Notes: generated by a model not told the origin, from the letters alone. A stretch of DNA of 64,000 bases from Octopus vulgaris (GCA_951406725.2 OX597816.1:23374001-23438000); one strand, 5' to 3'. Shown: positions 38,605-53,400, numbered from the stretch's first letter. Made by a program: numbers and translations.

Positions 38605-39007
38605 TTAGAAGGAATTGTGCCAAATTTTGACATTGAAAGCTACACCAATGCCAGAGCGGGTCGACACTGCATAGTGCCAAAGATCCCAGCAATGCCATCG
38701 TGCTTCGGGGCCAGTTACTGCACCAGCGTGGGTTTCAGGGGCACACAGCTTTTTAATATTCTTCACAAAAAGCCTGAGGAACCTGCACAAAGTAGATGTA
38801 GGCGTTTTAAAATCAAAGCTGGACCTCTTCCTGTCGAGAGCCCCAGACGAACCTACCTCACAGCAAGAGATGCAAATAAAGATAGCTATATCAAACTCCA
38901 TTCCTCACCAAGTACCACATATTAGAAGAGGCTCTTAGTAATAACAGTGAAGCAAAAAGGCAGTGCTCCATCATGGCCACAGCTCTGAGCTGAAACTACA
39001 AAAAAAA
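38605..39007 (+). mobile_element. 3' end of a CR1/L2-group LINE
   Basis: RGTQLFNIL, then (frameshifted) FKIKLDLFLSRAPDEP-like C-terminal motifs; 3' stem-loop GGCAGTGCTCCATCATGGCCACAGCTCTGAGCTGAAAC. Confidence 0.7.
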
Positions 39008-39245
39008 TTGAATTATACCAATATCTACATGCTATCCAACTGAAGTACCAGTGAATTGGATGTTTAACACATACATTGAGAAAAAGTCGTCAGAATTTTG
39101 CGAAAAAAATATTTTTATTTCTTGATTATTATTATTAGCGCTTTCGTTCCTATCTGGAAATTGTCAAATAAAATTTTTTGAATGTACAAACAGCTTGTTC
39201 ATTTATATAAAACAAATGTTTTGGAGGATGTTTAGCTTAGAAGTG

Positions 39246-39300
<55 letters not shown>

Positions 39301-39301
<1 letters not shown>

Positions 39302-39662
39302 CGGTTATCAATTTGTGTTGCGAGATTCCTGCTGTGAAATCGTGTGTTGAAACCTATATTGTTGTATTTTGGGATCGTCATTTTATTTTTTGCCAACTAA
39401 ACACACGCACTATATATTTTTTTTTTCACTCGTTTATTATTGTTCTTATTTTATAATTTCAACTTATGTCCGTCGTCCGGAAATGGAGTAATTGGAGCAA
39501 GAACACACACAAAAACGAAAAGTGTTGCTGAAGAGGTCACAGTTGTGTGACGAAAGGTTTCCGGACAGTGGAAAATAAAAGTAGTAATAATCGAGTGAAG
39601 GAAAAACGTATAGTGCTTGAGTTTATTTGGCAAAACAAAAATGACCGTCCCGAAATACAGTA
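39301..39662. mobile_element. Old fold-back element with decayed hammerhead (arms ~39355-39452 / ~39572-39662)
   Basis: Diverged inverted arms; (TA)n both sides; CTGAAGA-G-GTCAC-AGTTGT-GTGAC-GAAA at 39528-39555 with broken stem III. Confidence 0.65.
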
Positions 39663-39677
39663 TATATATATATATAA

Positions 39678-39718
<41 letters not shown>

Positions 39719-39749
39719 TGTGTGTGTGTGTATACATACAGTATAAATT

Positions 39750-39809
<60 letters not shown>

Positions 39810-40183
39810 CACACATAGGCACAAACGCACACATACACATACACAATTATTCTTTTTTCCTCTTTTAACTAAGTCACGGAAATATACTATAGCTTGCACT
39901 TTTATCGTTCGTTGATCATTCGTTCATACGAGGGTCAGGCATAATGCAAGACTGCTTTCTGAAGATGTCCTACAATGATTACTCGTCGTGCTGTGGAATG
40001 ACGACACGTCCCCATTGGGAAAAAAACTGTCTATGCAGACGTGTTCATTGAAGCGTTAGAGCTTTGTCTGAAGCGTCTAGGTTATGCCTAGGTGATACTT
40101 ATGTCTAGAAAATTCACACAAGGGAAAAGTATTATCATAATCATAAACGTACACATAAGCGTACACACACTCCTGCGTACAAG

Positions 40184-40600
40184 ACGCAGGAGTGGCTGTG
40201 TGGTAAGTAGCTTGCTAACCAACCACATGGTTCCGGGTTCAGTCCCACTGCGTGGCACTTTGGGCAAGTGTATTCTGCTATAGCCCCGGGCCGACCAATG
40301 CCTTGTGAGTTGATTTGGTAGACGGAAACTGAAAGAAGCCTGTCGTATATATGTATATATATATATGTATGTGTGTGTGTGTTTGTGTGTCTGTGTTTGT
40401 CCCCCTAGCATTGCTTGACAGCCGATGCTGGTGTGTTTACGTCCTCGTCACTTAGCGGTTCGGCAAAAGAGACCGATAGAATAAGTACTGGTCTTACAAA
40501 GAATAAGTCCCGGGGTCGAGTTGCTCGATTAAAGGCGGTGCTCCAGCATGGCCGCAGTCAAATGACTGAAACAAGTAAAAAAAAAAAATAGTAAAAAAAG
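40184..40600 (+). mobile_element. SINE family A, full length
   Basis: Complete head, internal microsatellite and tail. Confidence 0.9.
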
Positions 40601-40785
40601 AGTATATGCCAACCAGAAGCAATAAATATATATTTGATGAGCTGATGACGGAATCGTGGGTTTCATCACAGCCGAAAGAAGGGGAATAAAGAAGTGAGGG
40701 AGCTCCAATAAATGGTGCTGAAATATAGTGGTTGGACAGAAGCCTTCCGATTCAAGAGTTTACAGACGAGCAGCGCCCGTAATAC

Positions 40786-41162
40786 CCATTTATTTGGACA
40801 TCCTCGCGACAAATACGGGCAAAGATGTTTTGTTAATGTCAGAATATAATTATTCTTTCATTGAGTTGCTCACGACCAATAAACAGCTAAAGTGTTGTAA
40901 ACAATCCCTTATCTTCTTTTATTATTTGCTTTTGTCATTAGACTGCGGGCATCCTGGGGCATTTATTTGAAACGTCTTAGTAGAATAAATCGACTTCGGT
41001 ATTTAGTTTTCTTTTTAAAATTTGATACTTATTCTATCGGCCTCTTAGGCCAAGCCGTTATACGGACTGAAACATACCAAAACTGGTCGTATATAGATGG
41101 TAGGGAAACGCAATGACACTAACACACACACACGTATGTACATACATACATACATACATACA

Positions 41163-41195
<33 letters not shown>

Positions 41196-42361
41196 GTGTG
41201 TATGTATGTATGTATATGTACATATATATATATATAAATTTACATACAAAATTTTCAACCTTCGGATTTTTTTTAAAATATGCTAAGCCACTGGTTTTAA
41301 TTGATAAATATCAATTTCTACCCTTATTTAATTTCAAATATATATATATATACATCGGTCTTCCATTGCTTCTGTCTACCCAATTCATTCAGAAGACATC
41401 GCTCGGTCCGGTACGATGCTAGATTAGAAGTGGTGTGGGATTGAACCCCAAGCCATGTGATTGCAAAGCGAGAGCTTTTTAACCGTACAGCAATGCCTAA
41501 TCGACCCAATTTTGCAGAAGCTGTATCGTTGGTCATTTAGAATAAGAGAGAAAGTGAAATGATAAATGAAGTGTATTATTTTACAACAGATTCCATCTAT
41601 TTTCACACAGTAAAATTAAAAGCATGCAATATGGTAATAAAACAGTTGTTAATAATGTGAGCGATGACATTTTTCTTGTGATTAAGTCGCATGGTCGGTT
41701 GTTTACATAGACTGTATTTGATTCAAGTTAGGAGGGAATGATTGATGAGTTTCCCAGGGAAGCAGTTAGTCCAGGAGAGCACGGATTAAGGTTAAAATTA
41801 GTGCAATGCTCAGAACTAGTGACCTTGCTGGATGAAGATCATCTGTTGCTTAACTGTTGGTTAACATGTAGTGACTAGAAGAATGGGTTAAAGCCTATAT
41901 GCGGGGATTGTGATGATGTTGGATGCAAATATAAGCTAAAAATGTGGTGTTTGTCTCAACGTGAAAGCTTACTGAAATAGTTATATCAAGGAGACTGATG
42001 ATCCTGCCACAAATATAAGTAGAGTTTGAAGACTATCTTATGTACGAAGCTACCCTCGTGTCCTGGATGTTCTTGTTTCAGCCGTTGTTACGGTTGCTTA
42101 TTCTAAGAGGCCGAAAGAATAAGTACCAAACTTTAAAAAGAAAACTAAATACCGAAGTCGATTTATTCTACTAAAACGATTCAAATAAATGCCCCAGCAT
42201 GGCCGCAACCCCATGACAAAAGCAAGGATAAAAGATAAGGGATTGTTTACAACTCTTTAGGTGTTTATTGGTCTTCAGCAACTTAATGAAAGAATAATTA
42301 TATTTTGACATTAACAAAACATCTTTGCCCGTATTTCTCGCGAGGATGTCGAAGTAAATGG
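40786..42361. repeat. Inverted duplication, ~290-bp arms (40786-41074 / 42074-42361)
   Basis: GACATCCTCGCGACAAATACGGGCAAAGATGTTTTGTTAATGTC versus its reverse complement at ~42307-42350; arms cover an old SINE A tail plus unique flank. Confidence 0.85.
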
Positions 42362-42936
42362 TTTTTATTATTGGTTACGGTGTGTAGATTACTACATATG
42401 TACGCATTTGTTGTTCGTCTCTACAATTGTAGTGTAACCATGGACTAAGAGCTTTGGTATTGTTGATTTATATGTTTTATCTTTGTGAAGAATATAAAGA
42501 TGCATTCTCTAAGGTATTGTTAACTGTGGTCTCCATAGTTGTGTTGGATGGATTTAGAGATAAAGAACATTTCTATTAAGCATAAACCTAATACATCCCC
42601 GACACGTTAATTAACATGAATTAAGAGTGGATTAGGTTGGAGGATGGTGTAGTTTTGCGGAAAGTAATAAAGAAGGGTGAATTTCTTGATTAACTCGTGC
42701 TCATAAAATCTAGCTAGGGAAAGTTTTCTGGAATTTAGGTATATCAGTCTTAAGTACGAGTGACTAGATGTCAATTCCTGTAAAGGTATACTATTCTGTT
42801 ATCGAGGCAAGAGATATCTGCAATCAGGAGAAAAAAGTATTTGAGTATATCCAAGTTAAATAGAAGGGGGATGAGAGAGAGATGGATGCAGAGAGAGATG
42901 GATGAGGAGATAGATGGATGAGGAGAGAGATGGATG

Positions 42937-42968
<32 letters not shown>

Positions 42969-45254
42969 CGAGAAGGGATTTACGCTGATGTGCTTAATGT
43001 AGAAGAAGAGATAGATCTATAGAACGCTAAATAATTGATATTATCATGTCGTTTATATTGACTCTACATACTCCTAGAGATTGGTTGTGGATCTCATCAA
43101 TCATAAGTCATTACTTTTTACCATATTTCATTTCTTCTTCTTCCCAGTATATCATTTGAATTATTGAGAAAGGAATAAATGTCATAGTCTCCTAACACCT
43201 TCAGATTTTAAACATTTTCCTTGCGTATGTGGAAGAAAATTATTCAATGTGTAGATTAGGAAAAAGAGAAAAAAACCTGTTCTGAACCGTGGTTGTAACC
43301 TTGTTTCGATCACTATTCAAATCAATTCTTTCGCCATGTCATAAGAATCATTGCGAAAAGCCAAATACCACGTACAATTTCATTTGAAATGGTTGATAAA
43401 TAGGAAGTTTTCTGCAGAAGGTAGTGATCAATATTCGCCATTTTATTATGCTGCTTCTTATTCTTGTTGTTCTGACGAGTCTCATAAAGAAAGAATAATT
43501 CTGACAAAAGCGAAGTATTGGCTGAATCTTCGGTGCGTCTGACAAAATATTTTGCTGCTTCACTCTGGGTTGATTTTTGCTTCTTAACCTTTTGGGGTCG
43601 ATGAAATAAAGTGCCAATAAGTACTGAGGACCAATTTGATTAAATGTAACCTTCACCTACTCCAAAAAGAAAATAAAAACACGCTTCTGTGCTTACATTA
43701 GAATTCAAATATTTTGAACAACTTAAGCAGGTAGAAAAGTATTCGAATATCAGTTGAATATATTGCATAAATTTGATGTCTTAACAATCAGAACATCTTT
43801 CATCTCTTTCGGAGCATTCGCGGCATCAAACTTCGTAAGGTAAATCAATATTCCGCAACAGTATTGTAATGGTCTTCCTTCTCAAATAGTATACACTACT
43901 GGCTCGTGATTTCAAATCTATTGCGGCTGCTTCGAAGAAAAGAGAACATTTCCTGAGACGTCAGAACACACGATCTTTTGCTGTTTTCTTTTAACTATTC
44001 TGCCTGTGCAGATCATCACCAGTTTCCGAAGTACCAATAAAACAGCGTTTACGGCGTGAAGCTAAATATACCCGAAGCATATTTCTCATGACAAACTTCT
44101 CTCTAGAGAACTTTAACGGAAAACACTCAAATCGCGAATCAATTCGAATTAAAACTGTTTTACTATTTCAGTTCGCAATGTAACAATGATCTATTATGTA
44201 AACAAACTACTAGCTTTCTATTGTCTAGTTTAGGGTTTTCTTTCCCTTTAATTCTCTGTTGCTTTAATTCTCTGAACTATATTACTAAAGCTGCATAAAT
44301 TTCTGCCATGATACATGCCAAAGACAAAAGTTATATCTAGGGAGACATTATTTCTCATAAGCATATAACGTATTCGAAAACAACGTTCCGCAACGGGGAT
44401 GCTCGAGAAAATAATAATTTATGAAATAAGATCTATGAGACTCTCCGTATAAAAATAAAATGGTACGGTCGGTGCTAGCTTAATTGATGGAGTGGGACAA
44501 AAAATTTTAATTAATTAAATAGAATTACACCTGTGATGTGAAGAAATAATCATTAGCTTAATGATTAATTCTGCCCGTGAAAAGCAAGGAAATAAATCTG
44601 AAACTCGATTAATTAAAATTTACTGAAAATACAAATAGAGTAATGTAGTTGGAAGCTAAGACTGATCTTAGAAGTCTAATACGAGCAAATATTTCTAATA
44701 CATAGCAATCACATGGTTACAATTAATTATGATAATAATTTAGGGTTGTCTCCATTGCATATTTTGACCAGAATTAATCAAAAGGTTCTTGCAATTTTCT
44801 CCTCACAACAGGTGTAATTTTATTTACTTAAAATATTTTAATTAAATATGTTTGTACTAACTTTTCCAGGTACCTAACTTGATTTTGCTTTGACGACCAG
44901 ACTATAAATAAATAGGTGTCGTTCCTGTTCTTTGACCTTTGATCGTGTTTCTTGCTCTATATTGATAAAAGGGTCACTTAAAACCCCAATCTATTGGCTT
45001 TTTATTTTCCTCTTTTAGGCATACAATTCACTGCGCACAACACTTGTTATTTATGTTGTGTGTGTGTGTTTACATTTGCCCATTACTTTTCTAGTTTTTG
45101 CCTGACTCTTGTAACCTCTCACCTTGTCCGTATGTCCGTCTTTAATTACTCCACTTACATTTATAGTATTTTACATATTAAATAAAGTAAAGCGATTTTA
45201 AGTCATACATAGAGATGGTATTTTGCCCCAATGTCTCCCATATGGAGATGTAGT

Positions 45255-45515
45255 CTTTCTTCTTCTTCTTCTTACAGAATTCACCTGAGGTGAGTTGAGC
45301 TGGCTTCATTCATACTCAATGCTGCATCTCTCACAAACGCCGACCAGGCCTGGCGATTTGAGGCTAACGACTGCGTGATCTCCAACCGCTCCTTATTCCA
45401 GCGGTGAACGCCGTAGATATGGGGGCCTAGGTTGGGTTACAGATCAGCCTTGACAGTCATCAGCCAGTTTTTTCGTTGTCCACCACATCGCTTTCGCCAA
45501 CCCTGAAGGGGAGCT
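45255..45515 (-). pseudogene. 3' end of an RTE-clade LINE
   Basis: Minus translation GWRKRCGGQRKNWLMTVKADL*PNLGPHIYGVHRWNKERLEITQSLASNRQAWSAFVRDA, followed by (GAA)n tail. Confidence 0.8.
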
Positions 45516-46433
45516 GGGGTAATTGCTTCGTAGATGAATTCTCCTGGTTGACGACGGAGGGCATGAGCCAGCCAACGCAAACGTCTCGGTAGTCGTTAAA
45601 GGTTATCTCCAATCGCCTAATGCAATCAATCATCATTTCTACAACGAACAGCACTATAACACAACCATAACTATACACTAAGTGTGATAAACAGAGCAGG
45701 ACATAACTGAAAGCATAAAATTCCTCGCAAAATCGTCTCAAATTACCAAACTTATGAACAAAGTATGCCATATTATCTTCTTTTATCAAAACTTACTTGA
45801 CAAATTACACGTAAGAAAATATTTTGTATTCAGAATGTATCTTTTATTTTCCTTTCAGGTAGCGTTTTTCATATGTTGAAATAATAGTACCACGTCACGT
45901 AACCCTACACTATTATGTAATTTTTTGATCACACCATACGAGTTGAGATAATTGGTTTACCAGTTGCAAAAGGAATTTTATCAACCTTTGTTTAGTGGTG
46001 AATTAAGCATTCTTCCGTGAAATGATCACACAAAATTTCAAAAGAAAATGAACCTCATCTATTTTGTGACAACGACCCAAATACTGAATATGAACAACTC
46101 CGGTTTCATTTCAATAGGGGAATAATTGTTTCAAGTAAAATACACAGAACATTAAAAAAATTCGAAAAGATACTTACTTTATTTGTTTGGCACAAAAGTA
46201 ATATAAATAGAGCCAAATATCTAATAACTTGACCTTCTTCTTGCCTATTTGAAGTCTGTTGTGTCCATAAAAAATTGATTAGTTGAAATTTCTTTTTTCC
46301 CTGGCTTCAAACAGTAAGGTGAATATAACATTGTAACTTTCATGACTATGTGTGAACATTATCGACGTAGATAAGTAGCTAGCTTGTGCATCCCAAGCTC
46401 TTCTAAGTTTGAACCAGACTCTAAGAGGGAATG

Positions 46434-46492
<59 letters not shown>

Positions 46493-46496
<4 letters not shown>

Positions 46497-46902
46497 CTTT
46501 ACTGCCCACAAGGAGCTAAACATAGAGGGGACAAACAAAGGCAGACAAACGGATTAAGTCGATTACATCGACCCCAGTACGAAACTGGTACCATATTTAT
46601 CAACCCCGAAACGATGAAAGGCAAAGTCGACCTCGGCGGAATTTGAACTCAGAACGTAACGGCAGACGAAATACCTGTTCCTTTACTGTCCACAAGGGGC
46701 TAAACACAGAAAGGACAAACAAGGACAGACAAACGGATTAAGTCGATTATATCGAGCCCAGTGCGCAACTGTTACTTAATTTATCGACCCCGAAAGGATG
46801 TAGGGCAAAGTCGACCTCGGCGGAATTTGAACTCAGAACGTAACGGCAGACGAAATACGGCTACGCATTTCGCCCGGCGTGCTAACGCCTCTGCCAGCTC
46901 GT
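46493..46902 (-). mobile_element. SINE family B dimer (head plus two bodies)
   Basis: Junction GACGAAATACCTGTTCCTTTAC at ~46667-46688. Confidence 0.85.
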
Positions 46903-47272
46903 ATATATATGTAGACAAGGTAGAAAATATTAAAATAATTTTATCATGAACTATATTTTAGTACCTGTTTCCATCGTTTAGACTTTTTCTACTAAGAGTA
47001 AACTAACAAAAATAATTAAATTGAATAAAAATTAAGTTAATTTACATCCTTTGTAAATATTTTCATAGTCTTCAGATAGCCTCTCTTTCTCTCTCTCCCT
47101 CTCCCTCTCTCCCTCTCCCCCTCTCTCTCTCTCTCTCTTCCTTTGTGAATGCTTGCTAGGTAGTTAGGTAGGTAGGTAGGTTGGTAGGTAGTAGTAAATT
47201 TGAATGGAAAGTTTATGAGTGCAGGGAATTGATGGTTTAAGCAGAAATAGCCGAGAGAGGAGGAGAAGAAGA

Positions 47273-47401
47273 ATGGTTCCGGGTTCAGTCCCACTACCTG
47301 GCACCTTGGGCAAGTTTCTTCTAATATAGCCTCGGGCCAACCAAAGCCTTGTGAGTGGATTTGGTAGACAGAAACTGAAAGAAGCCCGTCGTATATATGT
47401 G

Positions 47402-47452
<51 letters not shown>

Positions 47453-47672
47453 ATATGTGTGTGTGTATTTTATGTGTCTGTGCTTGTCCCCCACCAACAT
47501 CGCTTGACAATCGATGTTGGTGTGTTTACGTCCCCGTAACTTAGCGGTTCGGCAAAATAGACCAATAGAATATAAGTACTAGTCTTACAAAAAATACGTC
47601 CTGGGCTCGATTTGTTCGACTAAAGGCAGTGCTCCAGCATGGCCACAGTTAAATGACTGAAACAAGTAAAAG
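47273..47672 (+). mobile_element. SINE family A, 5'-truncated
   Basis: Starts at ATGGTTCCGGGTTCAGTCCC; full tail. Confidence 0.85.
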
Positions 47673-48590
47673 GGTATAGTTTTGTATTTTCCTCCTCCTG
47701 TCGCTAGTGCTTTAGATAAAAAAAGTCATGATATTAGTAAACCACGATCATAGCCCTCACTTCAATTACCGATTTAGATTGATTTATTTTGCTCTCTGCC
47801 ATCCGCTAATAGTTTTGGTAAGGTATGAGAGCCACAGCATCGGATATCAGCTGCTTTCTAAAGTAAATACTCCCAGTTTAATCGAAATAAATAATTATAC
47901 TGTAGCGAATTTCGTTGACAGTCTGTTTACGAAGGATAATCAAAATAATTAGATATTTGGTAAAGATTTTAGATAAAATACGTGAACTATTTGGCCAAAT
48001 GACAATATGAAAGAAAAGATAGTTTGTTTTTGTCTACAGAATATCTTTGCTTTACCAATTTCTCTTCTACTTGCTCCGATGTGATTTGACAATATCGAGT
48101 TTTGGTGGGGTTTTTTTATTTTATATTAGATACAACGTTGATTTTTATAAATTTTTTTTCTCTCTGTGTATTTGTTTATTTAGATATTTATTTGTAAATA
48201 CCAGATAGAGTCGATTGAATCAAGTTGAAAATTTCTTTATTTTTATCGACCTACAACTCTTAAAAGGCGAAATCGAACCCGGCGGTGTTTTAAACAAGCA
48301 TCTACAGTGATAAGATTAAATGAATTAAGGTATTTAATCAATTGATCTACTATTTCAAACAGACCATAGCATAGAAGACTATAGAATTTCGAAATTATAC
48401 TTTAGTTATGTTAGAATTATAGAGGAGGAGAGAGGCCCCTGTACATAAGTCTGAATGAAACCATACATCACCATGATTATTTCTTTATCGTTTTCATTTT
48501 ATTACAGCATTTTAGCATCACCACTTTTATTTAAATCCACATGACCATCACTAACAATATTAAATCTACATCAACATCACCGTCAATATT

Positions 48591-48754
48591 ACGCAGGAGT
48601 GGCTGTGTGGTAAGTAGCTTGCTTACCAACCACATGGTTCCGGGTTCAGTCCCACTGCGTGGCATCGTGGGCAAGTGTCTTCTGCTATAGCCTCGGGCCA
48701 ACCAATGCCTTGTGAGTGGATTTGGTAGACGGAAACTGAAAGAAGCCTGTCGTA

Positions 48755-48803
<49 letters not shown>

Positions 48804-49019
48804 ATATGTTTGTGTGTCTGTGTTTGTCCCCCTAGCATTGCTTGACAACCGATGCTGGTGTGTTTACGTCCCCGTCACTTAGCGGTTCGGCAAAAAAGAC
48901 CGATAGAATAAGTACTGGGCTTGCGAAGAATAAGTCCCGGGGTCGATTTTCTCGACTAAAGGCGGTGCTCCAGCATGGCCGCAGTCAAATGACTGAAACT
49001 AGTAAAAGAGTAAAAGAGA
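48591..49019 (+). mobile_element. SINE family A, full length
   Basis: Complete head-to-tail match to other copies. Confidence 0.9.
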
Positions 49020-49212
49020 GCTGTATGAACAACCCCCAATATTAGTTCTATATAGGCACGGTCAATATTATACCTATATTAACAGACATCAATATAAAAT
49101 GAATATTATCACCATCAACATGAGTCCTATTTCGACAACACCGATGTTAAACCTATCTCAGCATCACCGCCAATGTTTAAATCTGTATCAACATTACGGA
49201 AATATTAAACTG

Positions 49213-50390
49213 GGAAAGCCGGAAGAATCGTTAGCACGCCGGGGAAAATGCTAACCGGCATTTCGTCTGTCTTTATGTTCTGAGTTCAAATTCCGCCGAG
49301 GTCGACTTTGCCTTTCATCGTTTCGGGGTCGATTAAATAAGTACCAGTTACGCACTGAGGTCGATGTAATCGACTTAATCCGTTTATCTGTCCTTGTTTG
49401 TCCCCTCTATGTTTAGCCCCTTGTGGGTAGTAAAGAAATAGGTATTGCGTCTGTGTTTATATTCTGAGTTCAAATTCCGCCGAGGTCGACTTTGCCTTTC
49501 ATCGTTTCGGGGTCGATTAAATAAGTACCAGTTACGCACTGGGATCGATATAATCGACTTAATCCGTTTGTCTGTCCTTGTTTGTCCTCTCTGTGTTTAG
49601 CCCCTTGTGGGTAGTAAATAAATAGGCATTTCGTCCGTCCTTACGTTCTGAGTTCAAATTCCGCTCAGGTGAACTCTGCCTTTCATCCTTTCAGAGTCGA
49701 TAAAATAAAGAATCGTTAATGAACTGTGGTCGATATAATTGACTCCCCACCACCACCCTGAAATTGCCATCCTTGCACCAAAATTTCTAAACGATATTTT
49801 ATGAAACCCTGTGTAGTTATCTGGGAGACGCAACGAAACGGAACTAGATAATACAATAACTCTTCTGAAATATGGAGCAACAGATGCTTGACAAATTAAG
49901 GGTTCATTAAAAAATACACATGGAAGATCAGAGAGAGGATTTTAATTTTTAAAAACTATTAGATTAGATTGTAATGCATTATCATACTCATTGGTAAAGT
50001 GGCGAGTTGGCAGAATCGTTAGCACGCCAGGCGAAATGCTTGGCAGTATTTCGCCTGTCGCTAAGTTCTGGGTTCAAATCCTGCCGAGGTCTACTTTGCC
50101 TTTCGTCCTTTCTTGATCGATAAATTAAGTACCAGTTAAGTACTGGGGTCGATGTAATCGACAAGTCCCTCCCTCCAAATTTCAGGCCTTGTACCTATAA
50201 TAGAATGGTGACGAGCTGGCAGAATCGTTACTATACCGGACAAAATGTTTAATGACATTTCGTCTGTGTTTACATTCAGAGTTCAAATTCCACCGAGATC
50301 AACTTTGTCTTTCATCCTTTCGAGGTGGATAAAATACCTTACCCCCCTCCCTCGAAATTGCTGGCCTTGTGCCAAAATTTGAAATCAATA
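49213..50390 (+). mobile_element. SINE family B trimer (49213-49795) and two further copies (49995-50390)
   Basis: Two long-tail bodies then an older short-tail body; junctions AAGAAATAGGTATTGCG and AATAAATAGGCATTTCG. Confidence 0.85.
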
Positions 50391-51484
50391 TCATACTCAT
50401 TGGCCTCTTTTGCGTGGAATTATACAACTGAGAGATTTATAGCAAATATGACGGACATTCGTTTCAGCCGCAGGTTTTATGAGAAATTGCAGGATATAGT
50501 ACTTGATACTTAAAAATTATTAAATATGGATGTCTGCAACATATACGAACTCTCTAAATTCAATGCAGATGGGGGAAGAGAAATTTTGTCAATTAATTTA
50601 ACATCAATAAATTAGCAGGGGATACATCTCATTTTTGTTTATGTCAGTTCAAGCAGGCCTATAATCAAAATTGTTTGAACTACAAAAATCCTATCTTTTT
50701 TCGGATATTCTATTATCAAAAATATATTATCCAGTGTGCCCTTCTGTTTTTAGAAGCAGAAGGCTGTAATTTGTGGACTGCTATTTCCAGCACTTCGAGA
50801 GATTGCGTAAAAACCCGCAGGTTCGCAAAAGAAAGACTCATTTGTTGGTTCATGTATTTGATATTCCAAATTGTTTCTGAATAGATTTAAAAGTCGTGAG
50901 GAGATGATACTAAATGCTGTAAACACATTTAACTAGGCTCAGGTCCTTCGTTCTTATTCACTATAACATTGATTCGTCTTGGGTATCAAAAGGACTCATT
51001 GCTCCAAAACAAAGGTACACGATGAACTTGAAACCAGATCTTAATATTGATGCTTCGATTTACTATCATTGATTGGAAATGATTGAAGCAGCCTGGCAAG
51101 CTTGGTTTCCCTCTGTATATTTACCGTAGCCACCCTTTTATTGCCACACCCTTCAAATTTTGATGATCTAATAATATGATAACTTCCAGTTAATGCATTG
51201 TATTTAAAGCAAGTTAGCTTAACAGAGCCCACAGCACGTACCTAACCAATTTAGCCAAAAGCAGAAATCATGTGTGTAAACAGAATACGAACCAGCGACA
51301 TTCCGATATACCATCCGGTTTCTTTATCCCGATATTGATCACTGCAAGCCACATGTTCCACTCTATCTTATTTATTCCTAATGAAACTGTCACATAAACA
51401 TGTCTGTGTATCACAGTGTTATACACTGTGTATATGCATATGTATATATATACACATATATGTGTGTGCATCTATGTATGTATA

Positions 51485-51540
<56 letters not shown>

Positions 51541-51936
51541 AGTAGTGAGGTCGATGAACTAAACACGGTTATAGTTGAGACCCATATTTACATAGAGCAC
51601 GAAATACAGATTACAAAATAAAATAAAAACAATACAACACAGAATTGCAAACACACACGCACACACACACACACATGCAGACACATACGCACACACACAC
51701 TCATACACACACGACCTCACGCACACACACACGCACGCACACCTACACGCGTACACACACGCACACGCACACGTACACACACGGACACACACACACGTAC
51801 ACACATACACACAGACACACACGCTGATATATACATATATCACATATGTATATATGTATGTATTGTATATTACATAAGACTATACACATTTGTGTGCAAT
51901 GTTTATTCACCAGTACACATACACCCATAAACATGC

Positions 51937-51967
<31 letters not shown>

Positions 51968-52943
51968 CGTGTGTGTGTATGTGTAATCATATATATACAC
52001 ACATACATACAAATACATACATACATACATTCATACATACATACATGCATATATACAGACATACATACATACATACATACATACATACATACATACATAC
52101 ATACATACATACATACATACATACACATGAACACACGTCCATACATACAACCCCATATATACATAATTGTATGTTCGCATTTTCCTATGTTAGCATGTAT
52201 TCATTGCTAAGAATGTTCCGATCAAAAATAACTAATGACAGCTATGGCCGCGAGTAATTCGTTTTTACAAATTGATATGAACTCGTCAACTATCGCAAAG
52301 CACATAGTCGGTTAATCTCCACCTCAAATGTTACTATGTTATTGTCGTCAGGATAAAAGTAATAAATATTACTCTATCGTCATTGCTACCATCAAACTTG
52401 CTGTAGGCATTGTGTCAACCTTAAATATATCTCAAGATGTTGTTACTTCGTTACTTTATCAGTATCTAATTTCTAAATGACAAACACAAGTTTTGGCAAG
52501 TTGTCAGCATACCATGAGGAGAAAATAATAGGTTCATACATAGGCAAGAATCCCAAGATTTTAACCTTTATATTCGTTTTGTTTTGATGTGTTTTCTGTT
52601 CTGGTAATTTTTGAGCGTGTTATTTTTGTTTTTGTTTTGTTTGTTTTTTGCTATCTTTTGATGAGGGGTTTTGTTGGGTTAGCTTTGATTGTTAAAGACG
52701 AAGGAAAATTGTAGCTTTGATTCCATATATCCAAGGACATTTATTAAACGGTGTCAGCTAAAATAGGTTACACCAGGTATCGAATCTGATTCATACTCTC
52801 GATAAAAATATATGATAAATTTACCTACGACAAACATTTGTGCCCCTTGCCGTGGCTGAAAAAAATTACTGTTGTGACTCGTATGCGTGACTCAAAAGAA
52901 AGTGATGAAACTTATTTTTCTCTTATATTTTATTAACATTTCA

Positions 52944-53025
52944 TAATAATAATAATGGTTTCAAATTTTGCCACAAGGGCACCATTTATAGAGAGGGGAT
53001 AAATCGGTTCTGTCAACTCGCTGCC

Positions 53026-53091
<66 letters not shown>

Positions 53092-53159
53092 GTTTCAAAT
53101 TTTGCCACAAGGGCACCATTTTGAGAGAGGGGATAAATCGGTTCTGTCAACTCGCTGCC

Positions 53160-53198
<39 letters not shown>

Positions 53199-53248
53199 GT
53201 TTCAAATTTTGCCACAAGGGGATAAATCGGTTCTGTCAACTCGCTGCC

Positions 53249-53299
<51 letters not shown>

Positions 53300-53367
53300 G
53301 TTTCAAATTTTGCCACAAGGGCACCATTTTGAGAGAGGGGATAAATCGGTTCTGTCAACTCGCTGCC

Positions 53368-53400
<33 letters not shown>

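Noticed and set aside
40641-40692. CTGATGA-CGG...CC-GAAA followed by AATAAA
   Set aside because: No stem III or stem I pairing and no inverted arm; at best a very decayed relic
43465-43500. CTGACGA-GTCT-CATAA-AGA hammerhead-like start
   Set aside because: GAAAC and stem III are missing; compatible with chance
46960-47080. Minus-strand CTGAAGA ... GAAACAGGTA
   Set aside because: No convincing stem I or stem II pairing between the motifs
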